Below, one piece after another: positions 50,024-60,954 of a stretch of DNA of 64,000 nt (position 1 is the first letter of the stretch; each line of letters begins with the position of its first letter). The notes below the pieces were generated by a model. The model was given only the letters and a program-made list of their open reading frames with translations. It was not told where the DNA came from and ran no database searches. The position numbers and the translations under genes are program-made. The stretch comes from an uncultured Flavobacterium sp. (GTDB taxonomy: Bacteria > Bacteroidota > Bacteroidia > Flavobacteriales > Flavobacteriaceae): assembly GCA_964414655.1 (NCBI GenBank), contig CAYPXI010000001.1, forward strand, positions 2,984 to 66,983, in the 5' to 3' direction.

Positions 50024-52486
50024 ATGTTAGACGTAAAAGATTTTTCTTTTTTTGAAAACCAAAATAGTTTTGATTTTAAAGGATTTTTAATCAAAACAGG
50101 AAGTTATTGGAGGTGGTTTTTATTGGGTTTGATCGTCTGCTTAACTATTGCGCATCAAATTAATATTAGAAAACAAAAAATATATTCCTTAGAAACCACC
50201 ATTGCTGTCAAAGAAGAAAACAATCCATTCTTTACTTCCAACACGAGTTTGGTATTCAATTGGGGCGGAACTTCAGATCAAGTTCAAGCTTTATCAACAA
50301 CATTAAAGTCACGCTCACATAACGAATTGGTAGTTGATAAGCTCCAATTTTATATTGAATATTTACAACAACAAAAGTATTTTATTCAAGATGTTTACGG
50401 AAGTACTCCTTTTGTAGTAAATATAGATAAATCGAAAAATCAGGTATTAAATACTCCAATTAATATCAAGTTTATATCACCTAGCGAATACGAATTACGC
50501 ATTACTAATAAATCGAATTCACTTGCGGTAATGAACTATTTGAATTTCCAAAAAGAAGTAGTTTTAGTTACAAGCGGTGATTTCGTCAAGCGATACAAAG
50601 TAGGGCAACCAGTGATGTTGCCATTTTTGAACTGGATACTTGAAATCAAAGGAATTCAAAACGGTTATGTGGGTAGCGAATATATCATTCGATTCAATAA
50701 TTTTGATGATGTTGTTACGCGTTACAAAAACTTAAAAATTAATGTCGACGAAAAAGCAGGTTCCATTTTAAAACTATCACAAGAAGGAACTAACAAAGCC
50801 AGAATTGTTGATTATCTTAATGAAACAGTAGCAACATTAATAAAAAGACAACTCGATAATAAAAACCTCTTTGCTGAAAATACCATTAAGTTTATTGATA
50901 CGACTTTAAAAATAATGGAAGATGATTTAAAGGCGGCCAACAACGAATTAAAAGATTTTAGTAGAAAGAATAATGTTATTGATCTCAAATCGGGAAGCAC
51001 AGCTTTGCAATCGCAATTGTTGGAGTTTGATTTGCAAAAAGACCAAGTTGACCGAAAGTTAAATTATTACAATTCATTAAGTAGTTATTTAAGAAGTAGT
51101 AATGATTATTCCAAATTACCTGCGCCAGCTGTAGCTGGGATTGACGATCCAAATATTATTGGAAATGTTGCCAATTTGATCGCATTATCAGTAAGAAGGT
51201 CAGAAATGGCTTATTCGGTTAAAAATGGCGATATGTTTAATAGTATCGATAACGAAATTTCTGCTATTAAAAGAGTATTATTAGAAAATATTAATTCAGC
51301 AAAATCAGCTGTTTTGTTTGAAAATAATCAAGTGCAAGGAAAACTTAATGAAGCAGAAGGAAAGTTGAGAGTTCTTCCTGAAGGAGAACAAGAATTAGCA
51401 AAAATAATTCGAAAATACGATTTGAGTAATGGTATTTATCAGTCGTATCTTCAAAAAAGAAACGAAGCTTTAATAGTCAAAGCGGCAAACTTATCAGACA
51501 TTCAGTTTATTGATCCCGCAAAAGATATTGGTGGCGGTTTGATCGGACCAAGAACAGGGGTGAATTATGTAATAGCAATTTTCATGGGATTACTAATTCC
51601 GTTGTTAATAGTGTTTTTAATTTTCTTTATCAATAATGCTATTCAAAACACTGACGATATTAGTAACCTTACTAAAATTCCACTTATTGGGGTTATTGGG
51701 GTAAAACACACCGATACGAATTTATCCGTTTTTGAAAAACCAAAATCAGCGTTATCAGAATCTTTTAGGGCAATTCGTTCGTCATTACAGTTTTTGTATA
51801 AAAAACAAAATCTCGAGGGATCCAAAACATTGATGCTTACGTCATCTGTCAGTGGAGAAGGTAAAACATTTTGCTCAGTTAATATTGCAACTGTTTTTGC
51901 CATGAGTGAAAAGAAAACAGTAATTGTTGGTTTTGACCTTAGAAAGCCAAAAATATTTGATGATTTTAATCTTAAAAATGACGTTGGTGTAGTAAATTAT
52001 CTAATTGGTCAAAAGTCGATGGATGAAATTATTCACAAAACACAAATACCACACTTGGATGTCATTATTTCGGGTCCAGTTCCACCTAATCCTTCTGAAC
52101 TAATTATGGGAGAATCAATGGTGAAGTTCATGAATGAGTTAAAAGATAGATACGATTATGTAATTCTAGATACTCCACCAGTTGGATTAGTAACTGATGC
52201 TGTCGAACTTTCACAATATGCTGATGTTACGCTCTATATTACAAGACAAAATTTCACCAAAAAAGAAATGATTAACCTATTGAACAATAGAGTTAACAGA
52301 GAGGAACTTCGCAACGTAAGTATTATATTGAATGGTTTTGAAAATAAAGCTAAATACGGAGCAGGTTATGGATATGGATATGGTTACGGTTATGGAGCTT
52401 ATTCGAACGGTTACCATGAAGAAGATGAACCAAAAAATATTTTTATAAAATGGTTCAAAAAGATTAAAAAAAGTATATTTAAATAG
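50024..52486 (+). CDS. Polysaccharide co-polymerase / tyrosine autokinase (Wzc-like)
   Basis: 820 aa; Wzz-like periplasmic region between two TM helices, Walker A (SSVSGEGKT), Tyr-rich tail (GYGYGYGYGYGAYSNGY). Confidence 0.9.
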   Translation: MLDVKDFSFFENQNSFDFKGFLIKTGSYWRWFLLGLIVCLTIAHQINIRKQKIYSLETTIAVKEENNPFFTSNTSLVFNWGGTSDQVQALSTTLKSRSHNELVVDKLQFYIEYLQQQKYFIQDVYGSTPFVVNIDKSKNQVLNTPINIKFISPSEYELRITNKSNSLAVMNYLNFQKEVVLVTSGDFVKRYKVGQPVMLPFLNWILEIKGIQNGYVGSEYIIRFNNFDDVVTRYKNLKINVDEKAGSILKLSQEGTNKARIVDYLNETVATLIKRQLDNKNLFAENTIKFIDTTLKIMEDDLKAANNELKDFSRKNNVIDLKSGSTALQSQLLEFDLQKDQVDRKLNYYNSLSSYLRSSNDYSKLPAPAVAGIDDPNIIGNVANLIALSVRRSEMAYSVKNGDMFNSIDNEISAIKRVLLENINSAKSAVLFENNQVQGKLNEAEGKLRVLPEGEQELAKIIRKYDLSNGIYQSYLQKRNEALIVKAANLSDIQFIDPAKDIGGGLIGPRTGVNYVIAIFMGLLIPLLIVFLIFFINNAIQNTDDISNLTKIPLIGVIGVKHTDTNLSVFEKPKSALSESFRAIRSSLQFLYKKQNLEGSKTLMLTSSVSGEGKTFCSVNIATVFAMSEKKTVIVGFDLRKPKIFDDFNLKNDVGVVNYLIGQKSMDEIIHKTQIPHLDVIISGPVPPNPSELIMGESMVKFMNELKDRYDYVILDTPPVGLVTDAVELSQYADVTLYITRQNFTKKEMINLLNNRVNREELRNVSIILNGFENKAKYGAGYGYGYGYGYGAYSNGYHEEDEPKNIFIKWFKKIKKSIFK

Positions 52487-53458
52487 ATGTCGAAAGCAAT
52501 TTTAATAACAGGAGGAGCAGGGTTTATAGGTTCCAATTTATGTGAATATTTTATATCCAAGGGAGATAAAGTGGTTTGCCTAGATAACTTTGCAACTGGA
52601 CACAGACATAACATTCAGCATTTAATCGGACATTCCAATTTTACTTTAATAGAAGGTGATATTCGTAACATTGATGACTGTCAGAAAGCGGTTCAAAATG
52701 TTGACTTTGTTCTCCATCAAGCAGCTTTAGGCTCTGTACCTCGCTCAATTAATGATCCAATTACAACCAACGATGTTAATGTGTCTGGATTTTTAAATAT
52801 GCTAGTGGCTTCACGAGACGCGAATGTAAAACGATTTGTATATGCAGCCAGTTCTTCCACGTACGGGGATTCTGAAAGTTTGCCAAAAGTAGAAGACAAA
52901 ATTGGAAAACCACTTTCTCCATATGCTATTACTAAGTATGTCAACGAATTGTACGCTGAAATCTTCAGTAGAACCTACGGATTAGAAACTATTGGATTAC
53001 GTTATTTTAATGTTTTTGGACGAAAACAAGATCCTAATGGAGCTTATGCAGCAGTAATTCCAAAGTTTGTTCAGCAACTAGTAAAAGGTGAAAGCCCAAT
53101 TATCAATGGTGATGGAAATTTCTCAAGAGATTTTACTTACATTGACAATGTTATTCAAATGAATGAATTAGCAATGCTAACACAAAATAGTGAAGCCGTC
53201 AACACGGTATATAATACGGCTTATGGAGATCGAACTACTTTAAACGACTTAGTGCACAATCTAAAAGCATTTTTATCTGAGTTTGATCATTCAATCAAAG
53301 ATATTCCTATCATTCATGGACCTAATAGAGCTGGAGATATTCCGCATTCATTGGCGAGTATTAATAAGGCTAAAAAATTATTAAACTATAATCCTCAATT
53401 CTCATTTAAAGAAGGCTTGAAAGAAGCCGTTAAATGGTATTGGGAAAATTTGAAATAA
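52487..53458 (+). CDS. NAD-dependent nucleotide-sugar 4-epimerase (TviC/WbpP-like)
   Basis: 323 aa; ILITGGAGFIGSNL, LDNFATGHRHNI, SPYAITKYVNE. Confidence 0.8.
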   Translation: MSKAILITGGAGFIGSNLCEYFISKGDKVVCLDNFATGHRHNIQHLIGHSNFTLIEGDIRNIDDCQKAVQNVDFVLHQAALGSVPRSINDPITTNDVNVSGFLNMLVASRDANVKRFVYAASSSTYGDSESLPKVEDKIGKPLSPYAITKYVNELYAEIFSRTYGLETIGLRYFNVFGRKQDPNGAYAAVIPKFVQQLVKGESPIINGDGNFSRDFTYIDNVIQMNELAMLTQNSEAVNTVYNTAYGDRTTLNDLVHNLKAFLSEFDHSIKDIPIIHGPNRAGDIPHSLASINKAKKLLNYNPQFSFKEGLKEAVKWYWENLK

Positions 53459-53467
53459 ATTAAATTA

Positions 53468-54859
53468 ATGAAAATTACAAATGTTTGCTGTATTGGAGCT
53501 GGATATGTGGGAGGACCAACTATGGCTATTATTGCTCAAAAATGCCCACACATTAAAGTTACTGTTGTCGATTTGAATTCAGATCGAATAGAAAAATGGA
53601 ATGATGTAGACACCAACAATATTCCAGTTTATGAGCCAGGGTTGGCTGAAATTGTTCAACAAGCAAGAGGTAGAAATTTATTTTTTTCTACTGAAGTTGA
53701 TAAAGCCATTGATGAAGCTGAATTGATTTTTATTTCAGTAAATACACCAACCAAAACTTATGGTACTGGTAAAGGGATGGCGGCTGATTTAAAATACATT
53801 GAACTTTGCGCTAGACAAATTGCAAGAGTCGCAAAAAATAATAAAATAGTTGTTGAAAAATCAACGCTACCAGTTCGTACTGCAGAAGCAATTAAAAATA
53901 TTTTAGATCATACTGGAAACGGAGTGCAATTCCAAATTCTTTCTAATCCTGAATTTTTAGCCGAGGGAACTGCAGTTGAAGATTTATTAAATCCAGATCG
54001 AGTTCTTATAGGTGGCGATACAACTCCTGAAGGGAAAGTTGCGATTAATGCACTTGTCGAAGTATATGCAAATTGGGTAGATAAAAGTCAAATTTTAACC
54101 ACAAATGTGTGGTCTTCGGAATTGTCAAAGTTGACAGCAAATGCTTTTTTAGCACAACGTGTATCTTCAATCAATGCTATTTCAGAGCTTTGTGAAAAAA
54201 CGGGTGCAGATGTTAACGAGGTAGGAAAAGCCATCGGTATGGATAGTAGAATTGGTCCAAAATTTTTAAAAGCATCAGTTGGATTTGGAGGTTCTTGTTT
54301 TCAAAAAGATATTCTTAATTTAGTATATATAGCAAAATCATTCGGTTTAAATGAAGTAGCCGATTATTGGGAACAAGTAATTATAATGAATAATCACCAA
54401 AAAAGAAGATTCTCCAAAAATATTGTGACTACATTGTACAATACTGTTGCCGATAAAAAAATCGCTTTTTTAGGCTGGGCTTTCAAGAAAGATACTAATG
54501 ATACTAGAGAATCTGCGGCTATATATGTAGCTGATGACTTAATTTTCGAAAGGGCAAAAATAGCAGTCTATGATCCAAAAGTAGATTATGACCAAATGCT
54601 TTTCGATTTAAATTACCTCGAAACGCGAACATCAGATCAAAACAAATATTATTTAAGTACTTATGAAAACCCTTATGAAGTTTGCAAAGATGCTCACGCC
54701 ATTGCAATCCTAACAGAATGGGACGAATTTAAAGAATACGATTGGAAAAAAATATACGACAGTATGTTAAAACCAGCTTTCATTTTTGATGGAAGAAATA
54801 TTTTAAATGCTGACAAGTTAAAAGAAATAGGATTTATATATCAAGCCATTGGTTCTTGA
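53468..54859 (+). CDS. ugd: UDP-glucose 6-dehydrogenase (long, eukaryote-like type)
   Basis: 463 aa; [28 protein letters not shown]. Confidence 0.88.
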   Translation: MKITNVCCIGAGYVGGPTMAIIAQKCPHIKVTVVDLNSDRIEKWNDVDTNNIPVYEPGLAEIVQQARGRNLFFSTEVDKAIDEAELIFISVNTPTKTYGTGKGMAADLKYIELCARQIARVAKNNKIVVEKSTLPVRTAEAIKNILDHTGNGVQFQILSNPEFLAEGTAVEDLLNPDRVLIGGDTTPEGKVAINALVEVYANWVDKSQILTTNVWSSELSKLTANAFLAQRVSSINAISELCEKTGADVNEVGKAIGMDSRIGPKFLKASVGFGGSCFQKDILNLVYIAKSFGLNEVADYWEQVIIMNNHQKRRFSKNIVTTLYNTVADKKIAFLGWAFKKDTNDTRESAAIYVADDLIFERAKIAVYDPKVDYDQMLFDLNYLETRTSDQNKYYLSTYENPYEVCKDAHAIAILTEWDEFKEYDWKKIYDSMLKPAFIFDGRNILNADKLKEIGFIYQAIGS

Positions 54860-54874
54860 TTAAAATAGTTTCAA

Positions 54875-56155
54875 ATGAATACAAAAATTGGAGTTATAGG
54901 GTTAGGTTATGTTGGATTACCTCTTGCAAGATTGTTTGCAACAAAATATCCTGTGGTAGGTTTCGATATCAATCAAAATCGTGTAAACGAACTCAATTCA
55001 GGAAATGATTTTACACTCGAAATCAGTAAAGAGTTGTTGCAAAGTGTAATCGTTGAAAAGCCATCTGATGCCAATGGTTTGTATTGTTCAACCAATATTG
55101 AAGATATTAAAGATTGTAATTATTATATCGTGACGGTTCCAACCCCAGTTGATAAAAACAACAGACCTGATTTAACTCCGTTATACAAATCAAGTGAAAC
55201 GGTTGGGAAAGTACTAAAAAAAGGTGATATTGTAGTTTACGAATCTACAGTATATCCTGGTTTAACAGAAGAAGAGTGTGTGCCCGTCTTAGAAAAAATT
55301 AGTGGATTAAAATTTAATGTCGACTTTTTTGCAGGGTATTCTCCTGAACGAATTAATCCCGGAGATAAAGAACATACCGTAGAGAAAATACTAAAAATTA
55401 CCGCTGGTTCCACGCCCGAAATTGGCATCAAAGTCAATAATTTATACAATTCAGTGATTACTGCTGGAACACATTTAGCGCCATCTATCAAAGTAGCTGA
55501 AGCAGCCAAAGTAATCGAAAATTCACAGCGCGATATCAATATTGCCTTTGTCAACGAATTGGCAAAAATTTTTAATATTCTCGACATCGATACACATGCA
55601 GTTTTAGAAGCTGCTGGAACCAAATGGAATTTCCTCAACTTCAAACCAGGTTTGGTGGGCGGTCATTGCATAGGTGTTGATCCTTATTATTTAGCTCAAA
55701 AAGCACAAGAAGCAGGTTACCATCCTGAAATTATTCTTGCCGGAAGAAGGTTGAATGATAGTATGGGAGAATACGTAGCTTCTCGAGTGGTTAAGTTGAT
55801 GATCAAAAACGAAATTCCAGTTAATAATTCCAAATTATTGATGCTCGGAATTACATTTAAAGAAAATTGCCCTGATGTGCGTAATACCAAAATTGTTGAC
55901 GTAATTTCAGCGCTAAAAGATTACGGAATTAAAGTTGAAATATATGATCCATGGGCAAACCCTGCCGAAGTTAATCACGAATACAAATTGTCAACTTCGA
56001 ATGTTTTACCCGATAATAAATACGACGCTATCGTTTTGGGCGTTTCACACAAAGAATTCTTAAACCTAGATTTAACACCATTAAAAAAATCAAAATCAAT
56101 AGTGTATGATGTAAAAGGAGTTTTACAAAATGATGCTATTGACGGAAAATTATAG
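54875..56155 (+). CDS. UDP-N-acetylhexosamine 6-dehydrogenase-type nucleotide-sugar dehydrogenase (TviB/WbpO/CapL-like)
   Basis: 426 aa; IGVIGLGYVGLPLA, LVGGHCIGVDPYYL. Confidence 0.8.
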   Translation: MNTKIGVIGLGYVGLPLARLFATKYPVVGFDINQNRVNELNSGNDFTLEISKELLQSVIVEKPSDANGLYCSTNIEDIKDCNYYIVTVPTPVDKNNRPDLTPLYKSSETVGKVLKKGDIVVYESTVYPGLTEEECVPVLEKISGLKFNVDFFAGYSPERINPGDKEHTVEKILKITAGSTPEIGIKVNNLYNSVITAGTHLAPSIKVAEAAKVIENSQRDINIAFVNELAKIFNILDIDTHAVLEAAGTKWNFLNFKPGLVGGHCIGVDPYYLAQKAQEAGYHPEIILAGRRLNDSMGEYVASRVVKLMIKNEIPVNNSKLLMLGITFKENCPDVRNTKIVDVISALKDYGIKVEIYDPWANPAEVNHEYKLSTSNVLPDNKYDAIVLGVSHKEFLNLDLTPLKKSKSIVYDVKGVLQNDAIDGKL

Positions 56156-56159
56156 TAGT

Positions 56160-57206
56160 ATGAAAAAACTATTAATAACAGGAGGCGCAGGTTTTATTGG
56201 CTCTCACGTAGTTCGATTGTTGGTAAACAAATACCCAAATTACCAAATATTCAATTTGGACGCCTTGACGTACGCTGGGAATCTTGAAAATATTGCCGAC
56301 ATTCAGCATGCACCCAATTATTCGTTCATTAAAGGCGATATAGTCGATGCGGATTTTATAAATGATTTATTTGATAAATACCAATTTGATGGTGTATTGC
56401 ATTTAGCAGCCGAATCTCACGTAGATCGTTCTATAACTGATCCTTTAGCATTTGTTAAGACCAATGTAATTGGAACAATGAATTTGCTCAACGCAGCCAA
56501 AAATTCATGGAAAGATAATTATGAAGGTAAGCGCTTCTACCATATTTCAACAGATGAAGTGTATGGAAGTTTAGGCGAAACAGGTTTGTTTACAGAAACT
56601 ACGGCCTACGACCCAAACTCACCTTACTCTGCTTCTAAAGCGAGCTCAGATCATTTTGTTCGTGCTTATGGCGAAACGTATGGTTTGCCTTATGTAATTA
56701 CGAATTGTTCCAATAATTACGGGCCAAACCATTTTCCTGAAAAATTAATTCCACTTTTTATCAATAATATTATTCAGAAAAAACCATTGCCTGTTTATGG
56801 TGACGGAAAATACACTCGCGATTGGCTTTTTGTAGAAGATCACGCGGTTGCTATCGACTTAGTTTTCCACAAAGGGAAAAACCACGAAACCTACAATATT
56901 GGTGGCTTCAACGAATGGCAAAATATCAACTTGGTCAAACTTTTGTGCCAACAAATGGACAAAAAGTTGGGTAGAAGTGAAGGCGAGTCTGAACAATTAA
57001 TCACTTACGTAAAAGATCGTCCAGGTCACGACTTACGTTACGCCATTGACGCATCCAAAATTAATACAGAATTAGGTTGGAAACCATCAGTTACCTTTGA
57101 ACAAGGACTTGAAAAAACCATCGATTGGTATTTGGCAAACGAAGAATGGCTCAAAAATGTCACTTCGGGCGAATACCAAAAGTATTACCAAAAACAGTAT
57201 AGCTAA
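56160..57206 (+). CDS. rfbB: dTDP-glucose 4,6-dehydratase
   Basis: ATG at 56160 (MKKLLITGGAGFIGSHVVR...); HLAAESHVDRS, YSASKASSDHFVRAY, RPGHDLRYAID. Confidence 0.92.
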   Translation: MKKLLITGGAGFIGSHVVRLLVNKYPNYQIFNLDALTYAGNLENIADIQHAPNYSFIKGDIVDADFINDLFDKYQFDGVLHLAAESHVDRSITDPLAFVKTNVIGTMNLLNAAKNSWKDNYEGKRFYHISTDEVYGSLGETGLFTETTAYDPNSPYSASKASSDHFVRAYGETYGLPYVITNCSNNYGPNHFPEKLIPLFINNIIQKKPLPVYGDGKYTRDWLFVEDHAVAIDLVFHKGKNHETYNIGGFNEWQNINLVKLLCQQMDKKLGRSEGESEQLITYVKDRPGHDLRYAIDASKINTELGWKPSVTFEQGLEKTIDWYLANEEWLKNVTSGEYQKYYQKQYS

Positions 57207-57212
57207 ACCCAA

Positions 57213-57581
57213 ATGAATCCTTATCTGTACATATTTGGCACTTTGTTTTTTACGGTTTATGGCCAAATAATTCTGAAATGGCGACTGTCTTCATTGAAAG
57301 TCGAACTTCCAGAAAGTATGATGGATAAGATTATTTATTTGGTAAAATTAGTGTTTGATCCTTTTGTGTTTTCAGGGTTTGCAGCAGCTTTTATTGCCTC
57401 ACTTTTTTGGATGGCAGCCATGACCAAATTCGAAATCACCAAAGCGTATCCTTTTATGAGTTTGGCGCCAGCTTTGGTTTTTGTTATCGGAATGTTGTTT
57501 CTCGGCGAACAGTTTACTCTTGGTAAATTAATAGGATTAGTTTTTATTATGATTGGAATTTGGGTAACCGTAAAATTTTAA
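57213..57581 (+). CDS. Small 4-TM EamA/SMR-like membrane protein (ArnE/ArnF-like candidate lipid-linked-sugar flippase)
   Basis: 122 aa, four hydrophobic helices; YGQIILKWRLS near the N-terminus; sits within the nucleotide-sugar context. Confidence 0.55.
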   Translation: MNPYLYIFGTLFFTVYGQIILKWRLSSLKVELPESMMDKIIYLVKLVFDPFVFSGFAAAFIASLFWMAAMTKFEITKAYPFMSLAPALVFVIGMLFLGEQFTLGKLIGLVFIMIGIWVTVKF

Positions 57582-57591
57582 AAGTTGGTAT

Positions 57592-58437
57592 TTGAAGAAA
57601 ACTATATTAATATCAGGTGTTAAAGGTTTTTTAGCTAGCAATTTACTGCACTTGTTAAGAGAAGAATATACTATATATGGAGTTGGGAAAATAGCAGAAA
57701 ATTGGAATGGTATTACTGTTTTTTCTTCCTCTGAAATAGACAAAATTACAATTCAACCCGATTATTTAATTCTTTGTCATGCTTCCATTTCATCAGGACA
57801 AACATCGGCTAAACTTGAAGAGCTTTTTCAAGTTAATGTAAAAATAACTGAACAACTCGTTCAAAAGTTCACAACTGCTGCTGTAATATACATTTCCTCT
57901 GCGTCAATCTATGATAATAGTGGGCTTATCAAAGAAGACTCACCAATCTTTCCAAAATCAGATTATGCAATTTCTAAACTTTGGGGCGAACAAATGGCTC
58001 TTAAAAATAGTAATGCTGTCATAATTAGATTGTCATCATTATTCGGAATTGGAATGAAAGAAAATACAATTATTCCAAATTATGTTAATCAAGCCTTGTT
58101 AAATGGCGAAATTCAAGTTTGGGGGAAAGGCGAAAGAATGCAAAATTACATTCATGTTGAAGACGTTGTTTCTTGCATCAATTCAGTCATTAATAATTTT
58201 GAAAAAGGGAATAGAAAAGTACTTTTAGCAGTGCATTCAATTGAATATTCAAATGCTAAACTCGCCCAAATTATTGCAGAAAAAACAAATGCCAAATTGA
58301 CTTTTATCAATGAGGATCATTCAAAATCATGGTATTATAATAATAATTTAACGCAGAAATTGTTAAATTGGTCTCCGAAAATCGATTTTAAAGAAGCCAT
58401 TTTCAACTACATTCAATGGAAAAAAGAACAGTTTTAG
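57592..58437 (+). CDS. NAD(P)-dependent epimerase/dehydratase-family (SDR) protein
   Basis: 281 aa, TTG start; ILISGVKGFLASNL, YAISKLWGEQ. Confidence 0.65.
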   Translation: MKKTILISGVKGFLASNLLHLLREEYTIYGVGKIAENWNGITVFSSSEIDKITIQPDYLILCHASISSGQTSAKLEELFQVNVKITEQLVQKFTTAAVIYISSASIYDNSGLIKEDSPIFPKSDYAISKLWGEQMALKNSNAVIIRLSSLFGIGMKENTIIPNYVNQALLNGEIQVWGKGERMQNYIHVEDVVSCINSVINNFEKGNRKVLLAVHSIEYSNAKLAQIIAEKTNAKLTFINEDHSKSWYYNNNLTQKLLNWSPKIDFKEAIFNYIQWKKEQF

Positions 58438-59393
58438 TTACCGGAATTGGTGGAAATGTTGGCCAAGGTATTTTACGAAATATTGCTTCGTTGGATTTGC
58501 CAATTCGTTTGATAGGAACCGATATTGCAAGTTTTTCACCAGGAAATCACTTGTGTCATCAATCGTATAAAGTACCTTATTCCTATGATGAGAATTACAT
58601 TCCAACTATTCAATCCATAATTGAAAGCGAAAAAGTTGATTTGATTTTACCTTCAACAGATTATGAAGTTTATTATTTGTCAGAAAATAAAAATAAGCTG
58701 AAAACAAAAGTTGTGGCGAGTGATGCTAAAACAGCCAAAATTTACCTTGATAAATATGAAACGTATTTGTATTTATCCCAAAATAAAATACCTTTTGCTA
58801 AGTCATGGATTGCCAGCGAATATGATTTTTCTGAAAAAGAAATTATTGCAAAACCACGAGAAGGGCGCGGTTCACGCGGTATTATTCTTAATCCTGAGAA
58901 CCCTACGCAATTACCAGAAGGCTATATGATTCAATCGCTTCATCGTGGAATTGAAATTACAACAGCTGTATATGTTACCAATGAAGGAAAACTTCACGGT
59001 TTATTTACCATGGAACGATCATTAACCAACGGAACAACAACAGAGTCAAAAGTGGTTTTTCAATACGATAAAATAGTTAGTGAAATGGCACAAAAAATGA
59101 TTGATTTAGGCGGATTAGTTGGTAGTTTCAATATACAAAGTATTGTAACTTCAAGTGGTGAAATTGTTCCTTTTGAAATCAATTGTCGCATTTCTGGAAC
59201 CAATTCGATTCGTCATAATCTAGGTTTTCAAGATGTAAAATATGCCATTCAAGAATATTTATTGAATGAAAAACCGGACGAGCCAAAACCAATTGAAGGA
59301 ATTGCAACCCGAATTTTAATGGATGTGGTGTACCCAAATGCCAAAAGTTTTGAGGATTTAAATAACAACGCTGTTTCACACATTATTTATTAA
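58416..59393 (+). CDS. ATP-grasp domain protein
   Basis: 325 aa; VLVTGIGGNVGQGILRNI, IAKPREGRGSRGI, FEINCRISG. Confidence 0.65.
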   Translation: MEKRTVLVTGIGGNVGQGILRNIASLDLPIRLIGTDIASFSPGNHLCHQSYKVPYSYDENYIPTIQSIIESEKVDLILPSTDYEVYYLSENKNKLKTKVVASDAKTAKIYLDKYETYLYLSQNKIPFAKSWIASEYDFSEKEIIAKPREGRGSRGIILNPENPTQLPEGYMIQSLHRGIEITTAVYVTNEGKLHGLFTMERSLTNGTTTESKVVFQYDKIVSEMAQKMIDLGGLVGSFNIQSIVTSSGEIVPFEINCRISGTNSIRHNLGFQDVKYAIQEYLLNEKPDEPKPIEGIATRILMDVVYPNAKSFEDLNNNAVSHIIY

Positions 59394-59395
59394 GT

Positions 59396-60031
59396 ATGAT
59401 ACAATACATTTTTTTCGATGTTGCTGGAACTCTGTTGGGAAAACCAACCTTGTATTCTAATATTCAAAAGTCAATAAGTGAATTTGGCTTTGAAGTAGCG
59501 TTGGAAGAAATTAAAAGCAAACATAAGCTATTGTCTGAAGTCATTCATTTTCCCGATAGAACAGATGAAGATTTTTACAAAAAATTCAATTCAGAATTAC
59601 TGTATTTACTCGGAATTGTTCCTAATGAAAACATACTAAACACTATTTTTAAAAATTGCACTTATTTGCCTTGGCAAGCTTTTGACGATGCCGAAATAGT
59701 AAGCAAATTGCCATTGCCAATAGGCGTAATATCCAACTTTAATTCAACTTTAAAAGAAAAATTAGAGTCGTTTTTCGGACCTGTTTTTCAGGATGTTTTT
59801 GTTTCCGAAGAACTCGGAGTAGCCAAACCTAATATTGAATTTTACAAAAAAGCAATGGATAAAATTCCGTTCGAAGCGAACCAAATTTTGTACATTGGTG
59901 ATTCCATCAAACTCGATTTGAAACCAGCTACAGAGCTCGGTTGGAATGCTTTAATCATTGATAGAGATAATTTTTATCCTAATTTGAACAATAAAATTTC
60001 TAATTTAGCAGAAATTACAAAATTCTTATAA
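59396..60031 (+). CDS. HAD-superfamily hydrolase
   Basis: 211 aa; motif I FFDVAGTL, motif III-IV (YIGDSIKLD). Confidence 0.75.
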   Translation: MIQYIFFDVAGTLLGKPTLYSNIQKSISEFGFEVALEEIKSKHKLLSEVIHFPDRTDEDFYKKFNSELLYLLGIVPNENILNTIFKNCTYLPWQAFDDAEIVSKLPLPIGVISNFNSTLKEKLESFFGPVFQDVFVSEELGVAKPNIEFYKKAMDKIPFEANQILYIGDSIKLDLKPATELGWNALIIDRDNFYPNLNNKISNLAEITKFL

Positions 60032-60954
60032 TGAAGAAACTATCTCTTGTTGTCCCAGTGTATTACGAACAAGAAGTTATTCTTCAGTTTCTCAAAGAAA
60101 CGAAAGAAGAGCTAGAAAAACTTCCCATTACCTACGAATATATATTTGTAGACGATGGAAGTAAAGACAAAACAGTTGAAATTATTAAAGAACAAGCCCA
60201 GTTGGATGATCGAATAAAGTTGGTGGTTTTTTCCTATAACCATGGAAAAGCATCTGCGGTTTCGGCTGCAATTGCGCATGCTTCAGGCGATTATCTTCTG
60301 TATATGGATCCTGATTTGCAAGATCCTCCTATTGAGATACCTCGTTTTTACAATGAAATAGAAAAAGGCTACGATTTGGTTTGGGGAATTCGAAAAGAAA
60401 AGATGGATTCGTTCGTAAACAAGCAATTTTCTAAAATATTTTGGGGAACTTTAAACAAATTTACGGGTTTGAATATTCCAAAGGGAATTGCAGTCATGCG
60501 CATGTTTAATCGCGAATTTGCGGATGAATTCTTAAAATACAACGAAACCAATCGCTTTATAGAAGGTATTTTTATTAATATTTCGAAAAATTGGACTACC
60601 ATCGAAATTGGTCAACGCGAGCGATTTGCTGGAACTTCAAAATTCAATTTTAAACGCAAAATGCAATTAGCCTTTGATGCTATTTTTGACTTTTCAGAAT
60701 TACCACTTAAAATGACCGTAAAATTCGGAATGATGCTGATAGGATTGGGATTAATAGGACTTTTTGTACTTTTAATTTTAAAATTATTTTTCATCGAGTT
60801 TCAAGCTGGCTGGCCTTCAATTATTGCATCAATAGTTACGGTATTTGGTTTGCAATTGTTTTTTATGGGAATTATTTCACTCTATATTGGGCGCATTTAC
60901 AAAGAGGTTAAACGCCGTCCTTTGTATTCTGTGAAAGATAAAGTCAATTTGTAA
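60031..60954 (+). CDS. Polyprenyl-phosphate glycosyltransferase, GT2 with two C-terminal TM helices (ArnC/GtrB/DPM1-like)
   Basis: 307 aa; LSLVVPVYYEQE, FVDDGSKD, YMDPDLQDPP, C-terminal TM pair, and the ...GRIYKEVKRRPLY tail typical of this group. Confidence 0.8.
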   Translation: MKKLSLVVPVYYEQEVILQFLKETKEELEKLPITYEYIFVDDGSKDKTVEIIKEQAQLDDRIKLVVFSYNHGKASAVSAAIAHASGDYLLYMDPDLQDPPIEIPRFYNEIEKGYDLVWGIRKEKMDSFVNKQFSKIFWGTLNKFTGLNIPKGIAVMRMFNREFADEFLKYNETNRFIEGIFINISKNWTTIEIGQRERFAGTSKFNFKRKMQLAFDAIFDFSELPLKMTVKFGMMLIGLGLIGLFVLLILKLFFIEFQAGWPSIIASIVTVFGLQLFFMGIISLYIGRIYKEVKRRPLYSVKDKVNL

